A stretch of 64,000 nt of DNA from Callorhinchus milii (taxonomy: Eukaryota). The notes under the pieces are model-generated. The model saw nothing but the letters and a program-made list of their open reading frames with translations. It ran no database searches and was not told the origin of the DNA. Position 1 is the stretch's first letter, and each line of letters begins with the position of its first letter. The stretch spans positions 40,550,001 through 40,614,000 of the forward strand of contig NW_024704742.1 of assembly GCF_018977255.1 (NCBI RefSeq), given 5' to 3'. The position numbers and the translations under genes are program-made. Of the stretch, positions 1 through 12,350 are shown one piece after another.

Positions 1-142
1 CGGCCTCCCACCTCTCTGCCTTCCCTCACCCTACCCCACCCCTCCCTCAGGCTCAGGTCCTGACCCCTGACAGTCCAGCGCCTTGGCACATCCTCCCAAC
101 GTGAAAGGCGCTCTATAAATCAAACTTTGTTGTTGTTGTTGT
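1..142 (+). mobile_element. L2 LINE 3' UTR/tail fragment
   Basis: C-rich 3' UTR, conserved end CATCCTCCCAACGTGAAAGGCGCTCTATAAAT and (GTT)n tail; same terminus as the other L2 copies in the window. Confidence 0.85.
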
Positions 143-940
143 TGGCTCTCTCACCCCAGGCACTGACAGCATCACCATCCATGGTTGCACACTCCACTTT
201 GCTAAGCCAGTCCAGAACCTTGGGGTCCTGTTTAACCCTCAAATATCCTTTCCATCCCACATCTGCACCATGACCTGCTCTGCCTTCCCCCACCTCTGCA
301 ACGTCACCCAGCCCCGACACTGTCTCACACCACAGGCCGCCAAAACCCTCATACATGCATCCATTACATGCAGGCTCGACTATGCAAACTCCCTGCTTGT
401 CGGCCTCCCCAACTCCTCCCTCCACAGGCTGCAGATCATCCAGAACTCTACAGCCTGTGTCCTTTCCCGCACCAGGCTCTGTGACCCTATCACCCCCATC
501 CTTGCCCAACTCCACTGGCTTCCATCACACAGACGATACAGTTCAAGATCCTGGTCCTCACCTTCAAAGCCCTCCACGGTCTTGCTCCCCCCTACCTCTC
601 CAACCTCCTGACCCCCTACCACCCTGTCCCTCCCTCCACTCAGCAGGCTACGGCCTGTTTCACGTCCCCCGTCTTGCTCGCCTCACTATCCGCCACTCTG
701 CACCCGCCCTCTGGAACTCCATTCTGCAGTCCCCCTGTCTCGCCCCCTCCCTCGCCACCTTCAAGACCCACCTCAAGACCCTCCTCTTCGACCATGCTTT
801 CGATCTCCCTGCTTCCCCCCTGCCCTCCCACATCCCCCGACCTTGACTCTCAGCTCGGGTCCGTAACTGTCTGTCCCGCGCCTTGGGACGTCCTCCCGAC
901 ATGAAAGGCGCTATACAAATGTAAATTTGTTGTTGTTGTT
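143..940 (+). mobile_element. 5'-truncated L2 LINE (C-terminal ORF2 plus 3' UTR), frameshifted
   Basis: ORF 270-611 contains TLIHASITCRLDYANSLLVGLP...LQIIQN...ITPILAQLHWLP, the typical L2 ORF2 C-terminus; then PALWNS...FKTHLKTLLF; ends in GGGACGTCCTCCCGACATGAAAGGCGCTATA and (GTT)n. Confidence 0.95.
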
Positions 941-1491
941 TTCAGGAGTGCCATTATATATTTTTTGAAAGGCCAATGGGCAGTCATTCCCTAAGTGCCT
1001 GAATCAGTTCAAACACAGGTAATCAGCAAATTAATTTGAACTTGTCCAACTTTCAACTTACTGTAGGGACGGAATTCAATTTGACTCTAGTCCTGAGGTG
1101 GAGTGAAATAAATTGACTGACTTTTGGAGAGTGTCTGAATAACATTCCATTCTGAGCCTACAGCAAGTCAGCTTCCTGTCAGCTGAACAGGAAGCTTTAT
1201 TGGCGAGAGTGATCATGAAGAACTTCACAACTCTACCGTCATCAATCTTTCAGACAGACTAGAATCTCCAGTGTTTCATAGAGCAGATTTGCAATTATCC
1301 TTTCAATACTCTGTAACACTGCAGTACTCTGGAGTATGTAGCTGTAGCCTGGATTCCATTGGCCTTTAGCCAGTTACTGTGGGGAAAGTTTGTTAAACTG
1401 AAAGGTTTGTTATCTGCTTTCCCATTCTGGATGTGAGAACAAAGGCCTTGAAGAAGTTGAAAATAGTATTTTAAAAAAAAACATCCTTCAC

Positions 1492-1611
1492 CTTTCTATT
1501 TGCTTTCCTTTAATTTTTTTCTATGTGTTTTCACAGACAATTGCAAATTCTGCAATTCTTTCTTCTTCTTTCTCCTTCAAAATATCAGGTGAATGTTTAA
1601 CAATTTGCCAC
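1492..1611 (-). pseudogene. Exon relic with premature stop
   Basis: ttatcag|GTGGCAA...GAAAG|gtgaag; 120 nt, phase 2>2; (E)WQIVKHSPDILKEKEEERIAEFAIVCENT*KKIKGKQIE. Confidence 0.5.
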
Positions 1612-1872
1612 CTGATAATCCAGAGGAATGAATCTTACAGATTCTCCCAAGTGTGCACTAGGTCTATTGCACAGTTTACATTTCCCCAAAAAGAGAGAAT
1701 AGTGGAAGTTAATTAATCATCTCTGGCGATGGAATACAGAAATCATAAGCACTCAGAAAATTAATTATAAAGGTAATTGATTACAGGGGACCCTGTGGTT
1801 GAAATTAAACAGGTCTTAGGTGAGAAAAAGATATTGCTTTACATATTGTGATATGCTTTTGGTGCTAGATGG

Positions 1873-2241
1873 TGTCAGCCTCGCTCAGTTGGTTGCAATC
1901 TTGCCTCTGAGGTTCTGAGTTCAAGCCCCACGTCGGGTTCAAGCCTTGTCTATGCTGACACTTCAATGGAGTGCTGGGGGTGTCCTGCATTGTCAAACGT
2001 CTTTGTCTTTAGATAAGACATTTAACCAAGTCCCCATCTGCCTGTTCAGATGGATGTTAAAGATCCTACAGCACTATTTGAAAAGAGAAGAGATCTGTAA
2101 CATCCACCTAAACAGGCAGACAGGATCTCGGTTTAACGTCTCATCTGATGGATGACACCGCCATGAACGCATTGCTCTCCCAGCACTACATTAAAGTGTG
2201 CATTAGAGGTGAGACTGTTACCAACTGAGCCAAGCTGACAC
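1873..2241. mobile_element. Two old SacSINE1-like Deu-SINE 5' halves in opposite orientation (1873-2089 +, 2090-2241 -)
   Basis: tRNA-like head GCTCAGTTGG...GTTCAAGCCCCA followed by GCTGACACT...CTGCCTGTTCAGATGGATGTTAAAGATCC; a reverse copy is directly adjacent. Confidence 0.8.
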
Positions 2242-3324
2242 TCAAATGGATAACGCCTTATCTGTTCCTTTACATTTTTCTCCATTTTATTGCTGATCAA
2301 TGCAGAACTATTTTTGAAAAAAATATAAATTCAACACATTGAAGATAAAACAGTCTGTTTGCAAAACTCTTTTATCACAGTCCATATCATGGTTTACCAG
2401 GAAGGGAGGATCAAGGCCAAGATAGTGGATTCAATTAAGTAACAGCTTGATGCTGTAAGGGAAAGACCTAGTGTGGGGAGAGGGGAAACTGGATGGATGA
2501 GATCAAATAGCCTGAAGGGCCTTCTTCATTTGAAGCTCATGCGATCTTGTGATTCTTAATTGTCCAAATTGATTTAAACAAAAAACAGATAACGCACAAC
2601 AAAACAATGATTACGACATGGTATCATCTTAAGAATGTATCCTTCACAATATTCAGTGTTTTAGAAACTAGACAACTAGCTTGGTAAGAAATCTGCTTAA
2701 GTAAACTCTACATCTTGTTGAAGACAACAACAGCAAATTGCATTTATATAGCGCTTCCATATTGGGAGGTTGTCACAATGTGCTGATAGATGAGGGTTTG
2801 CACCTGAGCTGAGATTTGGATTCAGGAGGAATAGGGGTCAAGGAGATGGTGGGGGGGTGTTGGCGTGTGGTGAAGGTGGTCATCACGGCCATTGTTCAAC
2901 ACTATCACTAAGGTTTACAGTATAAACATCTCCTATGGTGTCGCAATACATTTTCCACATTAATATTCTCTTGTGGTACAAATAAAAATAAATAAAACTA
3001 AACAATGATTTACTGAACTGACTTTAGCAGAATGAATAACAAACCTCCAAGATCCATTCTCTATTTTTTACCTCCATCACACTCATTACAGGTATCACCA
3101 AGACTTATGGTGACATATTGGGATATTCTGTAGAACTCGTAGGGGTATTTTTAATGGTTCTAAATTTGTCAACTTGTTCAAAAAACATTCAAAGATTCAT
3201 TGGACCAATTGGACCAATTTAAAGAATTAACACAGTTAGGTTTGTGTCCTTTCCTCTTCCCCATTCCCTTCCATCTTCACTTGTTTTACCAAAAGCAAAT
3301 CTATGAAAGGTTAAGTATTCTTAC

Positions 3325-3485
3325 TCAGCCAAAAGGGAGATCCTAGTTGTGAAAGGGAAAATGCTGTCCCTGTCTTTTGTTGAATTTCTATTGAATTTAG
3401 ACCAGCCTGAGCTCTGTCGTTGACCATTAAACACAATTGGTTTCTTTCTAAGTCTTGGGTTCACTGAATAGCGCCTAATCATATT
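3325..3485 (-). pseudogene. Open candidate exon of the minus-strand gene
   Basis: cttccttctacag|AATATG...GGCTGA|gtaaga; 161 nt; NMIRRYSVNPRLRKKPIVFNGQRQSSGWSKFNRNSTKDRDSIFPFTTRISLLA(E). Confidence 0.6.
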
Positions 3486-5149
3486 CTGTAGAAGGAAGCC
3501 AACACACACAGTAAAAGTAAAGGGAGTCAAGTCAAAGTCATAAATCTTTCTGACTTTCTGACTTGCTTTGAACTTAACACAATCTATCATTATATATATG
3601 ACACTTGAGCTATCAATTTTTACAATGGGACATAATAGAAATGAAAGTGGATGTCCTTATATAAGAGCTGACCTTGTGTTTATTAGAAGAGATGAAGATC
3701 AATAAACAATTTCTGGGACTTCCACGTAAGATGAAAGTAATTGCTGTTATCTGGATTTATTCCAATAGGGTGATCTGAAGTTAAGGTATTAGGGGACTGA
3801 CAACAGAAGAATTACATGAAAAGTAAAGGTTAACAATTCAAATCCACTGAAGAAATAAGGATGAAGTATTGCAGTTTAATTATTCTCAGCTTCAATGAAT
3901 TTTTACATAACACACATTTAGCCTTACAGTGGACAATGCAGAAGAATATATTGCATTGATTTGATTGTCGTTTTCATGAGTAAGACATCTACATAAGTGT
4001 TAGTTATATTTAAATGCACTGATTCTTATTGTGAATGATGAGGCTGCCTGTTTTTTTCTGATACATTTAACTACGGATGTTTAGGACCATGTTTCACCGT
4101 TTCGAAGTGAACTGAGATATTGACAATTTGCAGCAAATCTGTAATATAAGCAATTGTGAAGTTTTTTGGGAATGATAGTGCTATTAAAATGAAAACCTGA
4201 TATTCACTGAGAATATCAAATTATACTAGACAAAAAGTTAGATGATTTGTATCATATTTGTTAGTTACTTGTGTTGTTTCCCATATGGCCTCTTGTCCCT
4301 CAAATCTACACAAAGTGGATGTCTGTGGCAACAACCTTTATAGACATCAGAATATTTTTACCTACTCTTATCAATAAAATCAGTACATCAGAGCTTCTTT
4401 TCAAAATTTTACTTGAATTTTGCTTGAGCTCAGCAGGCCTGAATTTACTTGGGTTGTTGGGCTTCACTGCAAATCATGTCCTGAACATGTACTTAATTTC
4501 AGATAATCTTGCTACCACTCATCTACTTCAGGTGTGTGAAGTTCAATTGTAGCTCCAAACAAAGCAAGAATTCAGGTGCAATGCTGTAAATAGAATCTGG
4601 GTGACTGATCGTAAACATCTTTATGAAATCACTTCAATTGAATCTTTTTGTACTTTTTGTACAAACAAAACTTTTTGTACTTCCAGGGCCACCTTATCTG
4701 GTAACACAAATTCTCAGCTTATCATATCTTACAAAAAGAGATACTGTACTCTGTGGTTTCAAGAGCCTGTGCTTTCGGAGTGTACATTCAATGGGTAGGG
4801 AAAAAGGTGCTGCTGAGACTTGGGAAGGTCTATTTAAGGTTGACTAATCCCATACCCAGATTTTGACTGTTACAGACGATTCGTTTCTCTGAATACAATC
4901 TTAGCAGAAGACTGGGATTCTGTACCTACTTGCTGTATGTTTCTGCTCAGAAACAAATCTCTGAATAATATCAAGTTCTGTTGAACAGCATGATGTTCTG
5001 TGGAAATGGATCACAATCAATGATATAGAAAAATGTTATCAATGGAAAAATCAATCATATAGTTTTTAGTGAGAAATGTAAGTGAATGCATATTGGCTCT
5101 AAAAGTGGAAAATGTGATTATAGATTCACCGGGGAGGAAAGAGCTAAAA

Positions 5150-5345
5150 ACACAGCACAATCAAACCAGCTCCTGAATTGGCTGGTTTGTCCCCAAGCAT
5201 TGGCCCTTACCAAACTGCATTTCATACTCTCCGGAATTAAGTAAGTATGGTGCACCCTCCGAAGCAAAAACATTTCATTTCAGCCATAGGGAAATTTCCA
5301 TCTGTAGGTACCATACATATGGGGAACTCTCAGCTTGGTATCCAC
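5150..5345 (+). repeat. Diverged fragment of the unclassified repeat family seen at 13568-14312
   Basis: GGGAAATTTCCATCTGTAGGT...CTTGGTATC closely matches the reverse complement of GTATCCAAAC...CACCTACACATGGAAAT at ~13626-13677 and ~30166-30221. Confidence 0.6.
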
Positions 5346-5996
5346 ACAAAACTGATAATAATGATACTCAGTTTCCACATGTGTTAAATACCCAGTTGAT
5401 CAAAAAAATTGTGTCAAAGCATGTTAAAACACAGTTTTTCTAGAAAGTCTATTGACTGTATTTTCAAGCCAACACAGCAGCCAGTTTGTGAAAAACTGTC
5501 CCACAAGCTACCATAAAGTGAACAGTTTTTTTTTGTGTGGGGGGATTGTTGACTACTCCACTGGGACAAACTCCTTTCTCTTTTCAAATAGTGGCATGGG
5601 TTCTTTTATGTCCATCTGAACAAGTGGATCTTAGTTTATTGTCTCATCTGAATGATAGTGCCTAAACAAATGCAAACCAACTTACATTTATATAGTGCAC
5701 TTCACATAGGATAGCATCTCAGTGCTTCACAGTGGTGGAGTTGGATGCCGAGCTAGGAGGAAGTGACGACTATTACGCCTGATCGAAGAGGGGGCGAAGA
5801 GAGGGAGAGGATAGGGAAATAATCGCTGTGTGCAATTGGACTGTCACATTCTCCTACAAACACTCAGTCATTCCACTTCACAGTAAATCCTGTGAAGCGC
5901 GTTGGGACATCCTCCCAAGCAGAAGACACTATACCAAATGTTAAGGTTATTATTAATCTTCCACTTGGACTTGGATGATGGTTCCATTCGCTGCAG

Positions 5997-6009
5997 GTTG
6001 CTAAGCAAC
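5997..6009. promoter_or_regulatory. RFX X-box-like palindrome
   Basis: GTTGCTAAGCAAC: perfect inverted half-sites with a 1-nt spacer, close to the RFX consensus GTNRCC(n0-3)RGYAAC; function unproven. Confidence 0.35.
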
Positions 6010-6684
6010 AAAGTACCATACGCAGTTACTGCCTTGGAAGGTGTATCCTCTTATTGAGATTTCTAATTTGATAAAACTCTTCAATTTGAGAGCTGGCTTG
6101 CACCAGTGAATCCTGCTTGTAATTTATCAGGAGTAAAATGGTGATTTATGTGTGGGAAAATGTGCTGCAAAGTAGTAAAACAACTGAGAGGATTTGAAGA
6201 CAGTATAAAGCGTAAGAGAAAAATTGAAGTGACTAGTAAGATCATGTAAACTATTCAAAAGTGCTCTTGAAACCTTAAACACACTTATACACATCTAGAA
6301 GATAAAAGTTGGGTTTGACATCAGCACTGCCTAAAAGTATTGCGGATTTGCCTGCCTCAGGAACCAGACTACCAAGGCCATCACAGAGAGTTACTTAAAC
6401 AATTAATGATAGACCTCTTTATCAGTTTGCAGTCTTCTGCCTAACAAATACACACAAGGCAAACATTTTACAGTTCTGATGTCAAATACTTACTCTTGCC
6501 CAGGCGCTACTCTTGAGCCACATTCTGTCCTTTTCTAAATATGAAAGCTGTTTAAAAGAACTGTGACAAATCAGCTTTCAGATCAACAATGAGTTTTAAG
6601 AATGTTGTAAAATTATGCAGCTTTAAATATAAAGAATAAAACCGTACGTTCACGCCTCAGATCAGCAAATGACCCGCTCCCATA

Positions 6685-7110
6685 TAATAATAATCCTTGC
6701 ATTTGATATAGCGCCTTATCACGTCATCGAGACATCTCAAAGCGCTTCACAGGGTACACTGTAAAGTGGATTGACTGTATATGTTGTGGGTGAATATCTC
6801 TGCCAATGCTGCTTGAGCTTCCGGAATCACATCACTGATTTTGGCTCCCATTCAAAATGCTTTGAGACATCCTCTCAGTGTAAAAGGGGCTGTATCGATT
6901 GCAAGCATTATTTTAAAATATGAAGTGAATGACTCATATATCTGGAAGATGTTGGTCAGGACACCAGGAGAAACTCTGTTCTCTTTTCAAAAAGTCCCAT
7001 GGAATCTTGAACAACCAAACCAGCTTGACAGGCAGATAGTTGAATGCTGTGTGCAAAGGATGGCACCTCTGACAATCCAGTACTCTCCCAACACCGCATT
7101 AGACTGTAAG
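6685..7110 (-). mobile_element. Cluster of Deu-SINE fragments
   Basis: Reverse SINE tail AATAATAATCCTTGCATTTGATATAGCGCC at ~6685-6810, and a SacSINE1-like body in reverse at ~6935-7110. Confidence 0.7.
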
Positions 7111-7993
7111 CAAAAACTATGATCTATCCAATATTTTGGGTGCTGATGTCTATTTTGGTCTGAGACCATAATTTTATAAGTAGCTGTTGTTGAATAGCCT
7201 GGCATATTTCAAAATTAGCTTTTAGGGGAACCTTTGTAATACTGTGTAATTCTATGTAAAACTTCATATGGATGTATTTATCCTTTCAGCTCTTGCAATA
7301 AGCAACTTAGTAAAATTAAGGTCTGTTGTTAATAATAATAATCATTATATTTAGTATAGTACCTTTTAGGTCAGCAGGACGTTCCAAAGTGCTTCACAGG
7401 ATATACTGTAAACTGTACTGATGGTGTGCTTTGTGGGCAAAGACCTTGGTAATACAAACAGAAAATAAGTAGAGCATACATCTTGGAATTGTTTTCATGT
7501 GCTTCTACCATCTACTTTTAACGTAATATTTAAATAAATGATAATCATTTCCTGACAAGCACAATTACATTACAACTGATTTTAACTTTGGACAAAGTTC
7601 TGGATGAGATACAACAATGTTTGAATATCAAGCGCACAAATAGTGAACCAGACAAAAGACTTGCATCGAAAAAAAGTACAGCCTATAATAAAAAGTGACA
7701 ATGCCAGCAGTGAATTGCTTCCTTCCTGTCCTGACTTCATTAAAGTTATAGGTACAAATCAAAATGAGGCAAATTGTGTTAAATAATTGATAAACAATAC
7801 TTACATTCTGTATAATGCTTTATTGCGCTGAAACTTCTCAAAGTACTTAACAAAACTAATTCCAATAAAGGGCAGATTTGATGTTTTCACTTGCATGGTC
7901 CTTAAGATTAAAGCTAACATTGCTCATGTGAGATTAGGAGTCAGCTATTTTGTGCTACATTGTGTGCTATGTTTTGTTAAATGTAATTTTAGT

Positions 7994-9310
7994 AGAAGGT
8001 TGAGTTCAAACCCCACAATGGAATTTTGATCTCACATAGTTTAAGCTGACACTCCAATTCAGTGCTGGAGGTGTGCTGTATTGTTGGAAGTGCCATCCAT
8101 TGGATAAGTTAGGTAGGATAGTAAATAGTGAGGAGGATTGTAACCAACTGCAAGCAGATATACACAGAATGGTGGAATGGGCTGACATGTGGCAGATGGA
8201 TTTCAATGTGGATAAGTGTGAGGTGATACACTTAGGTAGGAAAAATGATAGGAGGCAATATAGACTTGGTAGCGCAATCTTAAGGGGGGTGAACGTACAG
8301 AGAGATCTGGGTGTTCAAGTAAGCAAATCATTAAAGGTAGCGGGGCAGGTAGATAAGGCAGTAAAAAAGGCATTTGGTGTACTGAGCTTTATTAGTAGGG
8401 GCATAGAGTATAAGAGTAGGGAGGTTATGGTTAATCTATACAAAACACTGGTTAGGCCTCAGCCGGAGTACTGCATCCAGTTCTGGGCACCTTACTTCAG
8501 GAAGGACATTAAAGCACTGGAAAGGGTGCAGAGGAGATTCATGAGAATGATACCAGGAATGGAGAACCTTAGCTATGAGGACAGGCTGGAGAAGTTAGGA
8601 CTTTCCCATTAGAGCAGAGAAGGTTATGTGGGGACCTGATAGTGGTCTTCAAGATCATGAAAGGTTTCGACAGGCTAGATAAGGACAAGCTGTTTCCGCT
8701 GGTAGGTGTGTCTGTGACCCGTGGTCACAGTCTTAAGATATCTACCAAAAGAAGCAGAGGGGAGGTTAGAAGAAATGTTTTCACTCAGCGAGTTGTTCGA
8801 ATTTGGAATGATCTGCCTGAAAGGGCAGTGAAGTCCGATTTGATAACAGCTTTTACGAGAAAACTGGGTAGGTATCTGGGGAAGACGGGTTTGCAGGGTT
8901 ATGGGGAGAAAGCTGGTGATTGGGGTTAGTGAAAGTGACTTGCTCTGTCAAAGAGCCGGCACAGACTCGATGGGCCGAATGGCCTCCTTCTGTGCCGTAA
9001 CATTCTATGAATCTAGGAAAACAAAGATGTTAAACTGAGGTCCCTTTTGCCTGTTCAGATAGACATTAAAGATCCCATAATAATAATTGAAAAGAGAAGG
9101 GAGTTTCTCCCAGTTTCCTGGCCAGCAATGTCCCAGATAAAATTGGTCATGTTCTTCATGGCTGTTTGTGGGGCATTGCTTTTGTACATTGTTTTTTTGT
9201 GTGGCTACAAATTTTAGTAAGTAATAGCTCTACAGTAAATGTTATGAAGCACTTTGAAACATCTGCCTGATGGAAAGGCATCATATCAAACACAAGAATC
9301 ATTATTATTA
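7994..9310 (+). mobile_element. Old Deu-SINE split by the CR1 insertion at 8106-9015
   Basis: Head (AGAAGGTTGAGTTCAAACCCCA...GCTGACACTCCA...GTGCCATCCATTGGAT) stops at ~8105 and resumes at ~9024 (AGATGTTAAACTGAGGTCCC...GCTGTTTGTGGG...). Confidence 0.8.
8106..9015 (+). mobile_element. 5'-truncated CR1 LINE (RT C-terminus plus 3' UTR), one frameshift
   Basis: WQMDFNVDKCEVIHLG...LYKTLVRP.EYCIQFWAP...LERVQRR...SYEDRLEKLGL, then FKIMKGFD...TRGHSLK...FTQRVVRIWN; 3' end GATGGGCCGAATGGCCTCCTTCTGTG...TTCTATGA typical of CR1. Confidence 0.97.
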
Positions 9311-9649
9311 AAATGATCACATCTAAATTGTCTGTTAACATTCCCTCTTTTCAGCCTGTGTCTCTGTGTCTCCCCATACTGGATGGTATACATATTACAT
9401 GACTTGTTTCACCCACAAAATGTACAATCAATTCACTTTACAGTATATTCTGTGAAATACTTTAAGATGCCTCAACGACGTGATAAGGCACTATATCAAA
9501 AGCAAGTATTATTATGATTGTTTCCTCCAGAGATACCTTCTAATACATTGATCTTAATTGTGTTCAGTTACTTCCCCCTTCCCCCAGCAAAACCAGCATG
9601 TGCACTATCCTGCAAAGGTAGATAACCTGCTCATATGTCTCCTGAGAAT

Positions 9650-9890
9650 CAAATTAAACATGGGGAAATTACAAATTTTAGTTTACACAGCGGTTTGTGA
9701 ACATGTGAAAATCCTCACCACAAATGGCAGGTAAAGCTTAGTCGAGTATTCAAAAGCAATGATTAAGGAAAAGTAAATATTTAAAGAAAATGTTTTAAAG
9801 ATTATGGGCAAAGAACAGAGGAATGAGATTCAATAGCTCCAATGAGGAAGCCTGTCTCTATGTTATAAATGCTCTATAATTCTATCATTT
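9650..9890 (+). mobile_element. Old CR1 3' fragment
   Basis: TTTACACAGCGGTTTGTGAACATGTG...GATTATGGGCAAAGAACAG...TTCTAT matches the CR1 3' end at 8780-9015. Confidence 0.6.
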
Positions 9891-9925
9891 TATGAATTGA
9901 ATTGCTGGCCTTTTTCCTTCCATAG

Positions 9926-10542
9926 TAATAATAGTCCTTGCATTCGCTATATAGCTCCTTATCACATTATTGAGACGTCTCAAAGCATTTCACAGAATAC
10001 AATAACAACAAGATTACATTTGTATAGCGCTTTTCACGACAGGAGGACGTCCCAAGGTGCTGGACAGTGTACAGCATTTCAGACCCGAGCTGGGGTCAGG
10101 CGGGCAGAAGGCAGGGGAGGGGAAGGGGGGTGGCCGATGGCATGGTCGAAGAGGAGAGTCTTGAGGCAGGACTTGAAGGAGGCTAAGGAAGGGGTGAGGC
10201 GGAGTGATTGGGGGATGGAATTCCAGGGGTTGGGGGCAGAGTGGCTGAAGGCTCTCCTGCCAATGGTGGGGCGGGTGGGTATTTTGTGGCGAAACCTGGC
10301 AGCCAATTGCACACAACAGTGTCCCACAAACAGTCGTAGTTTGAGCCACTAAATTATCATTTTTTTTTCGATTACTGCCCTTGAAAAGCGATCCGCCAAT
10401 CAACTAACAACCGGGTTCCTGTCAGGTAAACAGTGGCGGGTGGAGTAAGGAAACGTGCTAAGGTTTTGCCCCACCCGTGAATCGTACCCGGGTCCTCTCG
10501 CTTGCGAGCAAGTACGCTAACCACTATGCTACAGGACTCCAC
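9926..10542 (-). mobile_element. tRNA-headed Deu-type SINE interrupted by an L2 3' fragment (10000-10280)
   Basis: Head GTGGAGTCCTGTAGCATAGTGGTTAG at 10542; Deu-like core at 10285-10335; tail at 9926-9999; the insert has the L2 terminus and AFSHSAPNPWNS...FKSCLKTLLF. Confidence 0.9.
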
Positions 10543-12104
10543 TTCACTCAAATCCTATCACCTCAGAGGAAGATCCTTTACAAAATGACTACTTTTCTAT
10601 TAACCCCCTGCAAGCATTGGTCATTCATCACGAGTTAGGGGTGCTGAGGGTTTCAGAGGGCTGGAAGCTCTCTTGAATCAGCACAATGGCACAGATGCTT
10701 CACCACACCGAGGAAACCTTAAATATGTGTGCTTTCCATTTGAGTAATTGACAGATATACACAATCTTCACATGAGGGTTATTTGCAAAGTCTTGTTTAA
10801 TCCACACACAGCTTTGTAAAACTGCTTTTTAATTAGAAATGACCCTGGAGAAAATACAAAAAGGATATTTCTTTTGACAAGGCACCAGCTGCATTAATCG
10901 CAGTTGATTGCATGTTGAGCTTTTTCACCGAGCTTCTGTATTTTCTGATCCTTAGCAACATCTGCGTTCTGCAAATGGCTGGTATTTCTTTAACTGAGAT
11001 AAATGCTAGCCAGATGGTGGCTGTAGCAGTACATAATTCATACTGTATTCTCATGCCCTGGACAGAATATTGTGAAGGAATCCTGAATGTCACACTGCAT
11101 CCTGGGATTGTATTATTGCCTTTTCTTTTGGCAGCCATAACGTTACTTTGACAGCAGTCCAAATGGCTCAGTGATCCATGGGACTTGAAACAAGATAATG
11201 CCAACTGTTCAGGTGGCTTTGAGAACACACTGACATCATCTGTGTCTCCTTCTGTAACCACAGGCAGGCAGCGAGGTTGATTGGAACTGGCAACAAATGG
11301 AACGCACTCTGGGAAACAGCCAGTGAGTCTTTTGTAAAAATAGATTCAGTTATTGAATTTCTAAAGCACAGAAAATGCTTTTGTTAGCAGAGCTTGATTT
11401 TACTCTGTAAAGAAACAGTTTTTTTTTCTCGACTGCACACAGCAGTGACATTTTTATTGAACTGAGTTTGTGGTGAAACAATATAATCTGTTCAAACCAT
11501 CAGTGGTGGTGACTTTGTTTTCAGCACCGTTTGCAAAACCCCTACTGTTCTCATGTATAAACATTGCAGTATATTAAAGTGCTGACTCTTCCTGCTCTCC
11601 AGTAGGTGTGTACACACCATTTGCACAAAGTACTGTAAACCATTTATTGAAATGAAGTTGTCTAATTTGAAATGAATGCTTAATTTCCTCTGTTTGTACA
11701 GACATGACATTTACTAAACAAGTACTATGTCTTTTGAATTCTAATTTTCAAGCATGTTTCTATCTGCAGATTCAATTGCCTTCTTCCTAAAAAAAAGGAT
11801 TAAAAAAGTACATTATTCTCATGCAGAGAGGGTTTCTTTTCTGGAAAGTGAAAATGTGCTACGTGATGTGATAAGTATCACCAGTGATAATTTTCTCCCT
11901 ATATTACAAAGAAATCCTGTTTGTTCTCCAATCTTCTCTCCTTCTATCCTTTCCTTTTCTGAAAACTTTTGATTCCTTTATCCGTCCAATACAGTACAGT
12001 CCATAATCAATGGATGTTGTTCGGTACCTCATTCAAGTCATCATTGCTTATGTGAACTTTGACAGTGGTGTTGGATGACTGTTTCATCATGGGAAGGAGA
12101 CAGC

Positions 12105-12350
12105 ATCACAACCGAGACCAATCCATATGTTGTCGGACATCCAGAAATTTTCCAGGATCTGGATAGTGTTCAGAAACAGGAACCCTGGTTGAGTTTCTCC
12201 ACCATGACCCAGGATGCTGAGGCCAACTAGAATGCCCCAACTGCTGCTTCAACTGAGATCAGTTAATTCAGTAAAGACCTGGAAACTTTCAGAGTAGATG
12301 AGTTAGTGCTGCATAAAGTGATGCGTTCAGTCACCAGCCATCAAGGAAAC
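12105..12350 (-). mobile_element. LF-SINE-like relic
   Basis: CAGGAACCCTGG...GCTGAGGCCAA...CTGAGATCAGTTAATTCAG...AGCCATC resembles the reverse of the LF-SINE consensus as I recall it; a second copy lies at 60895-61010. Confidence 0.6.

Noticed and set aside
120..904. Multiple overlapping ORFs of 60-160 aa on both strands (also at 9897-10403, 23342-23882, 56286-57015)
   Set aside because: Alternative frames and antisense shadows of GC-skewed L2 sequence, not host genes
2031..2150. Inverted repeat
   Set aside because: Explained by two diverged SINE copies in opposite orientation with no shared flank, unlike the duplications reported as findings
8073..8929. 179-aa and 95-aa ORFs as a functional reverse-transcriptase gene
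   Set aside because: 5'-truncated, frameshifted CR1 copy lacking the catalytic core and endonuclease; the start codon comes from the flanking SINE
10912..11151. Hydrophobic plus-strand ORF resembling a membrane protein (also 4271-4552 and 36113-36562)
   Set aside because: S/F/L-rich composition is expected from the antisense of the A-rich minus-strand exons; no supporting plus-strand gene structure
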